Below are positions 11,348 to 21,800 of a stretch of DNA of 64,000 nt, piece after piece. The translations under genes and the position numbers were made by a program. Under the pieces are notes generated by a model. It worked only from the letters and a program-made list of their open reading frames with translations. It searched no databases and was not told the DNA's origin. This DNA comes from Phycisphaerales bacterium (GTDB lineage: Bacteria > Planctomycetota > Phycisphaerae > Phycisphaerales > UBA5793). Each line of letters opens with the position of its first letter. Position 1 is the first letter of the stretch. Where the stretch lies: contig JBICHN010000007.1 in the NCBI GenBank assembly GCA_043101845.1, forward strand, positions 38,224-102,223, read 5' to 3'.

Positions 11348-12925
11348 ATGAATCGTCGTCTCCACCACGCCGTTCGATCGTTCTTCGTCGCGTCTGCGGT
11401 CGGCCTCGTCGCGCCGGTGACCGTAGAGGCCCAATGCGAGACCTTCGCACTGTCCCTCGACGACACCGGCGTCTTCGCGCCGACGACCGTCGCGATGGAT
11501 CCCTTCGATCTCTCCGCCGACGGGATGACGCTCGCCATCGGCGCCGCGGTCGACCGCCAGGGCTCGCTCCATTCCGTCGGTTCGGTTCTCGTCTATCGGC
11601 GTGAGACGAGCGGCGCGTGGACACTCGACGAAAAGATCCTCAACCCCGACCCGGCGCTTGGCGACCAGTTCGGCTGGTCGGTCGCGCTGTCGGGTGACGG
11701 GCGGGCGCTCGTCGTTGGCGCCCTCACCGATGACATCGCCGGCCAGAACAGCGGGGCGGTCTATGTCTATGGCCGTACCGACAGCGGGTGGACGCTCTTC
11801 GACCGACTCGAACCATCAGACTACTCGACCGGCGATCTGTTCGGCGCCTCGGTCGGGATTTCATCCGACGGGTCGACGATTGTCGCCGGCGCGACGAACA
11901 CGGACACCGTCCGGGTTTTCGAGCGCGCCGGAACCCGATGGATTGAGCAAGCGGCGTTTGACGCGTCGTCCACCCAGTCGGGCGATCGCTTCGGCGAGTC
12001 CCTCGATCTCTCCGCCGACGGCGACACGCTTCTCGTCGGCGCCCCGCGCGTGCGCAACGCCCGCGGCGCATTCGAAGGCGCCGCCTACATCTTCGAACGC
12101 GATGGATCGAACTGGTCCGAGAGCGCCATGATTCGACCGGAAACCTCAACCGGCGTCTCGTTTGGATGGGCGCTCGCGCTGGCGCAGGACGGTTCGGCCG
12201 CCGCGATCGGCTCGCCGGGTGAATCGCCCGATGGTCTCCAGTTCGGCGCCGCGTACATATTCGAACGCCACGGCGACGACTGGCGCGAAGCGCTCCGTGT
12301 GACGAGCGATCTCGCCTCCATCGAAGCGCCGTTCGCGATCGACATGTCGGTGGACGGCGATGGGGACACGGCGCTCTTTCCCGTCCCGGCCGGACGACTC
12401 GATACGCCCGGCGAAATCCTCGTCTACCGCAAGTCCGGCGACGACTGGGTCGCCGGTCCGACGATCCGCTCGGCCGATCCCGATCCTCTTCGCGTCTTCG
12501 CGGTGCGCGCCGGTCTCGAAGCGGCCGGCGCGACGGTCGCCGCCCTCTCGAGCCGCGCGTCGTTCGACGACATCACGGTGTCCTTCCATTCGCTCGGCGC
12601 GGGGTGCGATCTCGTCCTGAGCGCGCCGGCGCCTGGACTCGCGGGTCAGGTGAACTCCATCACCGCGAACTGGCAGAATGTCGGCGACCGCATTCAGTTC
12701 GCGTTCTCGACCCGGACCGGCTCCGTGGCGATTCCGGGCTGTCCCGGGGTCACCACCGATCTCGCGCGACCGACGCTCATCGGCGAAGCGATCGTCGATT
12801 CGAACCATGAAGCGATCGTCAACGCGTTCGTTCCCCCCGGCGCGTCGGGAACGCGCGTCTTCCTCCAGGCGCTGCAGTCGGACGCGTGCGCCGTGAGCAA
12901 CCTCGTCGAACATCAATTCCCGTAA
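11348..12925 (+). CDS. Secreted FG-GAP (integrin-alpha-like) repeat protein
   Basis: Signal peptide MNRRLHHAVRSFFVASAVGLVAPVTVEAQ; repeated GDxFGxSVxxSxDGxxxxVGA FG-GAP units. Confidence 0.7.
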   Translation: MNRRLHHAVRSFFVASAVGLVAPVTVEAQCETFALSLDDTGVFAPTTVAMDPFDLSADGMTLAIGAAVDRQGSLHSVGSVLVYRRETSGAWTLDEKILNPDPALGDQFGWSVALSGDGRALVVGALTDDIAGQNSGAVYVYGRTDSGWTLFDRLEPSDYSTGDLFGASVGISSDGSTIVAGATNTDTVRVFERAGTRWIEQAAFDASSTQSGDRFGESLDLSADGDTLLVGAPRVRNARGAFEGAAYIFERDGSNWSESAMIRPETSTGVSFGWALALAQDGSAAAIGSPGESPDGLQFGAAYIFERHGDDWREALRVTSDLASIEAPFAIDMSVDGDGDTALFPVPAGRLDTPGEILVYRKSGDDWVAGPTIRSADPDPLRVFAVRAGLEAAGATVAALSSRASFDDITVSFHSLGAGCDLVLSAPAPGLAGQVNSITANWQNVGDRIQFAFSTRTGSVAIPGCPGVTTDLARPTLIGEAIVDSNHEAIVNAFVPPGASGTRVFLQALQSDACAVSNLVEHQFP

Positions 12926-13059
12926 GACCAGCCGAGTTCGAATCCTTCTTCGACCTCTCCGATCGCCGCGCGGGTCATCCCGGCTCGCGCGGCTATTATG
13001 CCGCCCGACGCACACGAAACCGACTCTCAAGGCGCCCGGCGCCATCGGGTGGAACCGCG

Positions 13060-14259
13060 ATGAAGATTCACGAATACCAGGCTCGTCAACTCCTGTCCGA
13101 CGCCGGAGTTCCGGTCCCTCCCGGAGTCGTCTGCACCGACGCGACGAAGGCCGGCGAGGCGTACAAGGAAGTCACTCGCGAAGCCGGAACCGACCTCGCC
13201 GTCGTCAAGGCGCAGGTGCACGCCGGCGGCCGGGGCAAGGCCGGATTCGTCAAGCTCGTGCACGCCGCCGACGAGGCCGAGCAGGCCGCGAAGTTCATGC
13301 TCTCGAACCGTATGGTGAGCCCGCAGACCGGCGCTGACGGGATCGAAGTCAAGAAACTTCTCATCGCCGCGGGCGTCGACATCGCGCATGAGTACTACCT
13401 CGCGATCACCACCGATCGCGCGCGAAATACGAACACGCTCATCGCCTCGGCCGAGGGTGGCGTCGAGATCGAGAAGGTCGCCGAAGAGAACCCCGACGCG
13501 ATCATCAAGGTCCCGCTTCATCCGGTCGACGGCCTGCAGCCCTATCAGGCGCGGGAAGTCGCGTTCAAGCTGGGCTTCACCGGCAAGCAGGTCGGCCAGG
13601 CGGTGAAGTTCATGCTGAGCCTCGCGAAGCTCTTCGTCGAGAAGGACTGTTCGCTCGCCGAGATCAACCCGCTCATCGTCACGCCGCCGAGCGACGGCGA
13701 CCCCGACGGTCGCGTGCTCGCGATCGACGCGAAGTTCAACTTCGACGACAACGCGCTCTTCCGCCACCGGGATGTGCAGGACCTCTTCGATCCGAGCGAA
13801 GAAGACCCCGCCGAGTTACGCGCCTCGAAGTTCGGACTCAGCTACATCAGCCTTGACGGCAACATCGGTTGTCTCGTGAACGGGGCCGGCCTCGCCATGG
13901 CGACGATGGACATCATCAAACTGCACGGCGGCGAGCCGGCGAACTTCCTCGATGTCGGCGGCAGCGCCACCGAAGAAGCGGTCACCGAAGCGTTCCGCAT
14001 CATCCTCGGCGACGAACAGGTGAAGGGCGTGCTCGTGAACATCTTCGGCGGCATCATGCAATGCGACAAGATCGCCCGCGCCATCGTGAACGCGGCGAAG
14101 GAAGTTGGGTTCGAGGTTCCGCTCGTCGTCCGCCTCGAAGGCACGAATGTGAACGAGGCCCGGCGCATTCTCGACGAGGCGCGTTCCGACATCGCCGCCA
14201 TGCAGACCGCGACCGACCTCACCGACGCCGCCCATAAGGTGTGCGCCGCGGTGGGATGA
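13060..14259 (+). CDS. sucC: Succinate--CoA ligase (ADP-forming) beta subunit
   Basis: [12 protein letters not shown]… N-terminus and an ATP-grasp domain; ~400 aa; no sucD follows. Confidence 0.85.
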   Translation: MKIHEYQARQLLSDAGVPVPPGVVCTDATKAGEAYKEVTREAGTDLAVVKAQVHAGGRGKAGFVKLVHAADEAEQAAKFMLSNRMVSPQTGADGIEVKKLLIAAGVDIAHEYYLAITTDRARNTNTLIASAEGGVEIEKVAEENPDAIIKVPLHPVDGLQPYQAREVAFKLGFTGKQVGQAVKFMLSLAKLFVEKDCSLAEINPLIVTPPSDGDPDGRVLAIDAKFNFDDNALFRHRDVQDLFDPSEEDPAELRASKFGLSYISLDGNIGCLVNGAGLAMATMDIIKLHGGEPANFLDVGGSATEEAVTEAFRIILGDEQVKGVLVNIFGGIMQCDKIARAIVNAAKEVGFEVPLVVRLEGTNVNEARRILDEARSDIAAMQTATDLTDAAHKVCAAVG

Positions 14260-14492
14260 GCGGGCTCAACCTCCCGGTGTTCGTGGATCCGTGACTCTGT
14301 CTGCCCGCAGGGCAAAGGAATGTAGCCACGGGTGATGCGGAGTCGGGCCGGCCCGACGGAGCGTCACTTCACTCATTCCAACCATCAATGCACGGCGCGG
14401 CGCCCCCTCGCGCTCGTGTTTGCACGCCATCCCACCGCGCTATCATCGCCATCCAGACAGATTGTCGGACATCGGATCGGAGAGGCAACGCC

Positions 14493-16592
14493 ATGTCGGT
14501 ACGGACCACCCTGATCGTGGTCGCGAGCGGACTGCTCGCGACCGTCTCGCTCTTCGCGTCGAACGGCTGCGCGCGAATGCGCAGTTCCTCGGAGCAGCGA
14601 CCACAGCAGCGGATGACCTCGGCGTCGGTCGTGAGCGAGTCGCCGCGGGCGTCGTATCTGCGCAATCCGGCGCCGCGCGCGCCCGAAACGATCTTCTCCG
14701 AGTTGCCGCTTCCGCCGGCGAACGAAGTTCGCCTCGGCTCCGGCGCCCCGGGTCCTGAGTATTGGCAGCAGCGCGTTGATTACGACATCGAGGCGACGCT
14801 CGACGCCGAGAACGAACACCTCACCGGCCGCGCGACGATCACCTATACGAACAACTCGCCGCATCCGCTCGACTACCTCTGGATTCACCTCGAGCAGAAT
14901 CTCTTCCGCCAGGACAGCGTGGCGACGATGACTTCCGAGCCCGGCGCGCGATTCTCGAATCGCGACTTCAACGGCGGCTACACCATCGGCGCCGTGCGCA
15001 CCGGCGACGGCGAAGAGCTCGACTTCCACATCTTCGATGTCCTCGGGCGGATCGATCTCCCCGAGCCCCTCGACCCGCGTGGTGACCAGTTCGTCTTCGA
15101 AATCGAGTGGGACTTCCAGGTCCCGCAGTACGGCATCGACCGCATGGGAATCGAAGAGGTCTCCCAGGGCAAGGTCTTCCAGTTCGCCCAGTGGTTCCCC
15201 GCGGTCGCCGTGTACGACGATTACTACGGCTGGAACACGCTGCCGTATCTTGGCCAGGGCGAGTTCTACACGAACTTCGGCGACTACACAATCGCCCTCA
15301 CCGTGCCCGGCGACCATCTCGTCGACTGCACCGGCACGCTCGAGAACCCCGAGGAAGTGCTCACTGAAGTCCAGCTCGCGCGCCTCGAAGAAGCGCGGAA
15401 CAGCGCCGAGACGGTCATCATCCGCGGCGCCGACGAAGTGGACGATCCGATCTCCCGCCCCGCGGGGACCGGCCCGCTCACCTGGCGCTTTCAGGCCGAA
15501 GATGTCCGCACCGTCGCGTGGGCCTCGTCCGACGCGTTCATCTGGGACGCGTCGTTCATCGAAGACAGCGGACCGACCGGTCCCGACGGCGAGATGACCG
15601 GGACACTCGTGCAGTCGCTTTATCCCGTCGAAGGCCTGCCGATCTGGGCCGACAGCACGGCAATGCTGCACTTCGCGATCGTCGGCTACAACGAGAAGTG
15701 GTATCCGTATCCCTATCCGGTCGCGACGAATGTGAACGGAATCGTCGGGGGCATGGAGTATCCGATGATTCTCTTCTGCCGCGGCCGCCGCAGTGAGCGA
15801 TCGCTCTGGGGCGTGACAACGCACGAGATCGCCCACAACTGGTTCCCGATGGTCGTCAACACCGATGAACGCCGTCATTCCTGGATGGACGAAGGACTCG
15901 CTACCTTCGTCAACTATTACTCCGACCGCGAGTACTTCCCCGAGGATGATGTCGTCCCGAACGACGGCGAAGGGCGCGGCAAGGACATGGCCGAGTACAT
16001 GGCGCGTCCCGACCGCCAGCCGATCATGACCTTTCATGATCAGATCCGCGAATCCGGCGCGACGCAGTACTGGAAGCCGGAGTTCGGGCTTGTCCTCCTG
16101 CGCGATCACATCCTCGGTCCCGAACGCTTCGACTACGCGTTCCGCGAGTACATCCGCCGCTGGGCGTTCAAGTCACCGCGTCCGGCGGACTTCTTCCGCA
16201 CGATGAACGACGCGGCGGGCGCCGATCTCGACTGGTTCTGGCGCGGCTGGTTCTACGAGGCTGGCACGCTCGACCAGGGCGTCGCGCGCGTCGACCAGTC
16301 CGCCGACGGCGAAGTGCGGGTGACCTTCCGGAACCACGACGACCTCGTGATGCCCGTCAACTACCGCGTCACCTACGACGACGGCTCCGTCGAAGATCGC
16401 GTGCTTCCCGTCGAGGCGTGGCACACGACCGATGAGTGGACCGTCGGCTGGAACGCCGGCGACAAGCGCGTCACCGAAGTGTGGATCGACCCGAAGTACC
16501 ATTTCCCGGATGTGAATCGCGAGAACAACCGCTGGCGGGCGCCGCGCCGAACCCATGACGGGCCGATCGAGCCGGTGAAGTCGGACGGGTAG
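14493..16592 (+). CDS. M1-family zinc metallopeptidase, secreted or lipoprotein
   Basis: Signal/lipobox-like N-terminus (…LFASNGC); HEIAHNWF…WMDEGLATF gluzincin motifs. Confidence 0.8.
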   Translation: MSVRTTLIVVASGLLATVSLFASNGCARMRSSSEQRPQQRMTSASVVSESPRASYLRNPAPRAPETIFSELPLPPANEVRLGSGAPGPEYWQQRVDYDIEATLDAENEHLTGRATITYTNNSPHPLDYLWIHLEQNLFRQDSVATMTSEPGARFSNRDFNGGYTIGAVRTGDGEELDFHIFDVLGRIDLPEPLDPRGDQFVFEIEWDFQVPQYGIDRMGIEEVSQGKVFQFAQWFPAVAVYDDYYGWNTLPYLGQGEFYTNFGDYTIALTVPGDHLVDCTGTLENPEEVLTEVQLARLEEARNSAETVIIRGADEVDDPISRPAGTGPLTWRFQAEDVRTVAWASSDAFIWDASFIEDSGPTGPDGEMTGTLVQSLYPVEGLPIWADSTAMLHFAIVGYNEKWYPYPYPVATNVNGIVGGMEYPMILFCRGRRSERSLWGVTTHEIAHNWFPMVVNTDERRHSWMDEGLATFVNYYSDREYFPEDDVVPNDGEGRGKDMAEYMARPDRQPIMTFHDQIRESGATQYWKPEFGLVLLRDHILGPERFDYAFREYIRRWAFKSPRPADFFRTMNDAAGADLDWFWRGWFYEAGTLDQGVARVDQSADGEVRVTFRNHDDLVMPVNYRVTYDDGSVEDRVLPVEAWHTTDEWTVGWNAGDKRVTEVWIDPKYHFPDVNRENNRWRAPRRTHDGPIEPVKSDG

Positions 16593-16641
16593 GCGCGACC
16601 GTTTCGAGCCGGCGGGCCGCTCGAGAACAGGAGTTTCGATC

Positions 16642-17667
16642 ATGCGTTTGCGCGCGGTGCTCGCATGCCTCGTCGCCGCAGCTTGGGTGATCACCTTGTC
16701 GCCTGCGGTGGACGCGCAGGACAAGACCGTCATCCTCGTGCGGCACGCCGAGAAGGCGACCGACTCGACGAATCCCGCCGACCCGCCGCTCACGGACGAG
16801 GGACGCGATCGGGCCGCGGCGCTCGCCCGACTGCTCGCGAACGCCGAGATCGACGCGATCATCTCGAGCGAGTACCGGCGCACGCGCGACACGGTGGCGC
16901 CGCTCGCCCGCGCGATGAACCTCGAGGCGGAGATCATCTCCGCCCGTGATCTCGAGGCGACGATCGATCGCGCGACCACTGGCGAGGAGACCACGGTCCT
17001 CGTGTGCGGCCACTCGAACACCGTGCCCGCCATGCTCGGCGCGCTCGGCGTCGAGCGGTCGATCTCGATCGCCGACGACGAGTACGACCGGCTCTTCGTC
17101 GTCTTCCTCGATGCGGAAGAAGAGGACGGTCGTCTCGTCGCGCGGCTGCTTGAGTTTCGCTTCGGAGCCGACCCGGCTGGGAACCGCAGAGGTCCGAACG
17201 CCCAGCAGCCGATCGGCGTCGGGGTGGCGTTCGACGACGCGATCGCGATCCATACCGTGCTCGACAGCTTTCACGACGCCGCGGCGAAGGCCGACGAGGA
17301 TCGCTACTTCGGTCACATGACCGAGGACGCCGTCTTCCTCGGCACGGACGCGACCGAGCGCTGGACCCGCGACGAGTTCGAGGCGTTCGCCCTCCCGTAC
17401 TTCGAGCGCGACACGGCGTGGACCTACCACCCGCGCGACCGCCATATCGGGATTAGTCCCGGCGGCGACGCGGCGTGGTTCGATGAACTGCTCGACCATG
17501 AGAGCTACGGCGAATGCCGCGGCTCAGGCGCCCTCGTTCGCGACGAAGCCTCGGGCGAGTGGAAGATCGCGCACTACCACCTCACGATTCCCATTCCGAA
17601 CGATCTGGCCCGGGAATTCGTCGATCGCATCCGCAAGCACGACGCGGAATCGTCCGGCGATCCGTGA
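16642..17667 (+). CDS. Secreted histidine phosphatase (PGAM-like) fused to an NTF2/SnoaL-like C-terminal domain
   Basis: Signal peptide; RHAEK…GHSN histidine-phosphatase motifs in the N-terminal half; the C-terminal half looks like an NTF2-like fold (inference). Confidence 0.6.
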   Translation: MRLRAVLACLVAAAWVITLSPAVDAQDKTVILVRHAEKATDSTNPADPPLTDEGRDRAAALARLLANAEIDAIISSEYRRTRDTVAPLARAMNLEAEIISARDLEATIDRATTGEETTVLVCGHSNTVPAMLGALGVERSISIADDEYDRLFVVFLDAEEEDGRLVARLLEFRFGADPAGNRRGPNAQQPIGVGVAFDDAIAIHTVLDSFHDAAAKADEDRYFGHMTEDAVFLGTDATERWTRDEFEAFALPYFERDTAWTYHPRDRHIGISPGGDAAWFDELLDHESYGECRGSGALVRDEASGEWKIAHYHLTIPIPNDLAREFVDRIRKHDAESSGDP

Positions 17668-17728
17668 AGTTTCGATTCAGGCGTCGAGCTGAATAGCCCG
17701 GGCCGATCACGCGACTACCCTTGGGCCC

Positions 17729-18460
17729 ATGCTCATTCTCTTTGATATCGACGGCACGCTTTACAAGGGCAACGGATCCGGTCGGGCCGCCTTTCTCCGC
17801 GCCGGCGCGGCGGTGTTCGGCGAGCCCTTCACCGACGAAGGCGTCGCCTTCTCCGGACGCCTCGATCCGCTCATCTTCGCCGATCTCATTGCCGCGAACC
17901 GGCGCGACCACTGCAATGAGAAACTCGCCGAGGCGCGGGCGCTCTCCCACGCGTTTCTCAAGGAGCATCACGCGACCCGCGAGTTCAATCACTCGGCCTG
18001 CCCCGGCACGATCGAACTCGTCGAACGGCTGCGGTCGCGGAACGATCTCACGCTCGGCGTGCTCACGGGCAACTGGCCGGAGAACGGGCGGATCAAACTC
18101 GAATCCGTCGGTTTCGATCCCGACTGGTTCCCGGTGTCCGTATGGGGCATGGACGGCCCGACGCGGAACGACCTTCCGCCCGTCGCCTGTTCGCGATATC
18201 TCGAAATGCGGGGCGAGCCGGTCGCCGTCGAGCGCGTGCTCGTCGTCGGCGACACGATTCATGACATCGCGTGCGCCAAGGTGAACGGGTGCCGTTCGCT
18301 CGCCGTCGCGACGGGTGGGGGATCGTGGGAAGAACTCGAGGCCGCGGCTCCTGATCGCCTCGTCCCTGACCTGAGCGAAACCGACGATCTCATCGAGTGG
18401 ATCGATCGGATGGCCACGCGCGGCCGCGGCGCCTGCGCTCAGGCTTCCGCGCGATTCTGA
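17729..18460 (+). CDS. HAD-superfamily hydrolase
   Basis: N-terminal DxDGT motif (LFDIDGTL) and C-terminal VGDTIHD motif. Confidence 0.7.
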   Translation: MLILFDIDGTLYKGNGSGRAAFLRAGAAVFGEPFTDEGVAFSGRLDPLIFADLIAANRRDHCNEKLAEARALSHAFLKEHHATREFNHSACPGTIELVERLRSRNDLTLGVLTGNWPENGRIKLESVGFDPDWFPVSVWGMDGPTRNDLPPVACSRYLEMRGEPVAVERVLVVGDTIHDIACAKVNGCRSLAVATGGGSWEELEAAAPDRLVPDLSETDDLIEWIDRMATRGRGACAQASARF

Positions 18461-18861
18461 TAGGCTCGGGCGAGCGTCGTGACGAGTTCGGTCGAGGTGA
18501 ACGGCTTCGTAATCCGCGGGGTCGAGAGGTACGCCTCCGGCACATGCGACTCGTCGTATCCGGTCGCCAGAATGTAGGGCACCTTCCGCCGGGCGAGTTC
18601 GTCCGCGACCGGAAACGCCGGCGTCCCGTCGAGGTTTACATCGAGCACCGCGAGTTCGGGCTCATGTTTGTCGATCGCCTTGAGCGCCTGCTCGATCTTC
18701 GCCGACGGTCCGATGACTACCGCTCCCTGATCTTCGAGGATCTCGCGGATCTCATCCGCGATGAGCGCGAAATCTTCCACCACGAGAACGCGACGACCCT
18801 CGAGAATCTGACGGGCGTCCGTTCCAGATCCTGCCACCTGGCTCATGTCGCTTCCTTTCAC
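18439..18861 (-). CDS. Single-domain response regulator (CheY-like receiver)
   Basis: Receiver-domain features: acidic pocket, phospho-acceptor D in LAVLDVNL, and a conserved K (…ITKPF). The start may be at 18861 (overlapping the HK stop by 4 bp) or at 18846. Confidence 0.75.
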   Translation of the reverse strand: MKGSDMSQVAGSGTDARQILEGRRVLVVEDFALIADEIREILEDQGAVVIGPSAKIEQALKAIDKHEPELAVLDVNLDGTPAFPVADELARRKVPYILATGYDESHVPEAYLSTPRITKPFTSTELVTTLARAYQNRAEA

Positions 18862-21800
18862 TCCGGCCGATCAGCGGCTGGAGAGTCCTTCCAGGGAATG
18901 ACCATCTCGCATTCCACACCTTCGGGTTCATATCGAATATCGGAGGTCGCTTCGAGGTCGTAGGCGAGCCCGCGCCGAATGAGATGCGATCCGAATCCAT
19001 TTCGCTCAGGCTCCCGCACCTCCGGCCCGTTCGTTTCGCGCCAGAGAATCCGCAACTGGTGGCCGTCGCCCGCTTCATTCTCCTCGAGCCGCCAGCGCAC
19101 ATGGACTCGACCTTCCGAGGTCGAAAGAGCGCCGTACTTCGCGGCGTTCGTCGTAAGTTCATGGAAGACCATGCTCAGCGTCATGGCGATGCGCGGCGGA
19201 AGCACGATCGGATCGCCGTCGAGTTCGTACACACTGCCCTCCGGCGCATACGGCCGCAGGGCCTGCGCCACGAGTTCGCGCAACTCGGCGCCTTCCCAGT
19301 TCGACCGGGTGAGCAGCGTATGGGCCAGGGCAAGCGACGACAGTCGACCCTCGAAGGCGCCGCGGAAGGTCTTCATCGAATCGCTCTGGCGCATCGTCTT
19401 CGACGCGATCGACTGCACGGTCGCGAGCGTGTTCTTCACGCGGTGGCTCAACTCGGCGAGAAGGAGTTCTCGCGTTTCCTCGGCCCGCTTCTGCGCCTCG
19501 ATGTCCTCGACGATCGCGATGTAGTAGTCCGGGTCGCCGTTGTCCTTCCGCACGAGCGATACGGTGAGATTGACCCACACCGGGTCGCCCGACTTGCGCA
19601 CGTAGCGCTTCCGCATCGAATAGTGGGGCAGTTCGCCGGAGATGAGTCGATGCGTGTTCGATATATCCTCGTCCACATCATCCGGATGGGTGATGTCCTG
19701 GAACGAGTTACGAAGCAGCTCCCGCCGGGAGTACTCGGTGATTTCGCAGAGTCGCTCGTTCACGCGGAGCCATCGGCCATTGAGGTCGCAGTGGCCGATG
19801 CCGACCGCGGCGTTCTCGAAGGTGCTGCGGAACCGAGCCTCGCTCATGCGCAGCGCCCGCTCGGCCTGCTTGCGCTCCGTGACATCGGCGCACACGCCCG
19901 CCATGCGCAGCGGTTCGCCATCCTTGTCGAGGAGAAGGCGGCCCCGCGCTTCGAGCCATCCGAGCCGGCCATCCGGACGGATCATCCGGTATTCGATGTG
20001 GTAATCCGTGCGCTCGTCGACGGATCGCCGAATCGTCTTGAGCACCCGATCACGGTCGTCCGGATGCATGTCCGCCTGGAAGTCGGCGAAGGTGCCGCCG
20101 AATGATCCCGGCTCGAGGCCGTGGATTTCCTCGAGCGTGGACGACCAGCGAATCTCGTTCGTCCGGATGTCCCATTCCCACGCGCCCATGCGACCGGCCT
20201 TCATGGCCATCGTCAGTCGCTCTTCACTTTCGCGCAGCGCCGAGCGGGTCTGATGGCTGTGGATGGCGCTGCCGAGCACATTCGCTACGGCCTGGAGGAA
20301 ACTCACATCGTCGTTCGTGAACTGTCGTCGACTCGTCGAATGCGCGCCGAGCACGCCCCAGGGACGACGACCTTCCGATGGGATGATGCAACTGATCCCG
20401 CTGATGACCCCGTGATCGCGCAGGAGTTGCGGTCCGGAGAATCTCGTCTCCTGACGGAGATCATCGACGATAACCGGCGCGCTGCTCCGCAGCGTGTACC
20501 CCGCCTGCGAGTCGAGATCGGTCGGCACGCTGGCCTGTCCAACGAGCCCCGGGCGCCAGCCGACGCCGGAACGGAGGAAAACCTCTTCGCCGCTCGGCAT
20601 GAGCTCGAGCACCTTGCAGTACTCGACGCCGAGGGTCGAACGCACGACCGAAACGGCTTCGTCGAAGAGGAACTGAAGATCGAGTTCAAGCAGCGCCCGC
20701 TGGCCGAGTGACGCGACCGCGGCCTGCTGACGGGCGCGCTCGACGACCTTCTGCTCGGCGATCTTGAGATCGTGAATATCGGTGAGTGTGCCGAACCAGC
20801 GCTCGACCTGATTCGACTCGCCGTGTATCGGGGTGCCGCGGAGAACGAACCAGCGGGCCGAGCCGTCGCGCGTGCGCAGGCGAAGCTCCTGTTCGCAGGC
20901 GGCGCCGCCGGCGAGAGCTTCCTCGAGGCAATCGCGCACGCGTTCGCCGTCCTCTTCCACGACCGCCGAGACCCACTCGGCGCCGTGCGACTCTCCGTTC
21001 GAGCGCCCGGTAACGAACTCGAACCTCGGATTGACATAGATCCATTCGAGGTTCCGGTTCGCGACGAACACGATGTCCGGAATCGTCTCGGCGAGCGTGC
21101 GGAAACGGAGCTCGTTCTCGCGCAGCTGCTGATAGAGACGCGCGTTGTCGATCGCGACCGCGGCCTGCGCCGCAATGCCCGCGATGATCTGCTCCGTCTG
21201 CTCGGTGAAGACGCCGGCCTCTTCGTGCCCGAAGAACAGGCCGCCGTGCACCTCGCCGGTGCGCGAGATGACAGGGACCGCGAGATAGCTCCGGACCGGG
21301 AGATGACCCTGCGGCATGCCAAAGTACGGGTCGTTCTTCCCGAAGCGGGGATCCTCGAGCACATTGTCGAGCCGGATGACCCCCTCGCCGCGGAAGGTGG
21401 GGCCGAACAACTGCGTGTTCCGCGGCATCGGGAACGACCGGAACTTGTCCGGATCGACCCCGGAGATCGTGTAGAGCGTGTAGCGCTCGCCCTCGCGATC
21501 GATGACATTGTAGAAGAAGGCGCCGAATTGCGCGTTCGAGAGATCGGTCGCGGCGTCGGTCAGCGTCTGCACGAGTTTGTCGAGCTCGAGTTGCCCGACG
21601 AGCGAGCGACTCACCTGGTTGATCGTGCCGAGTGTTTCGGTCTTCTCGCGGAGCGCCTCTTCCCAGTCGCGGCGTTCGGAGATGTCGCGATCGATGCCGA
21701 TGAAGCCGATCGGCTCACCCCTTTCGTTTGTCACGAGCGAGATGACGGTGTGCGACCAGAACGCTTCGCCGTTCTTTCGACGCAGCATGTACTCGCCGGT

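Noticed and set aside
14385-16109. 574-aa minus-strand ORF over the M1 peptidase gene; likewise 32914..35028, 35546..36874, 41365..42333, 52593..54107 and 60564..62240 opposite other genes
   Set aside because: All are antisense, low-complexity, and overlap genes with clear family motifs on the other strand.
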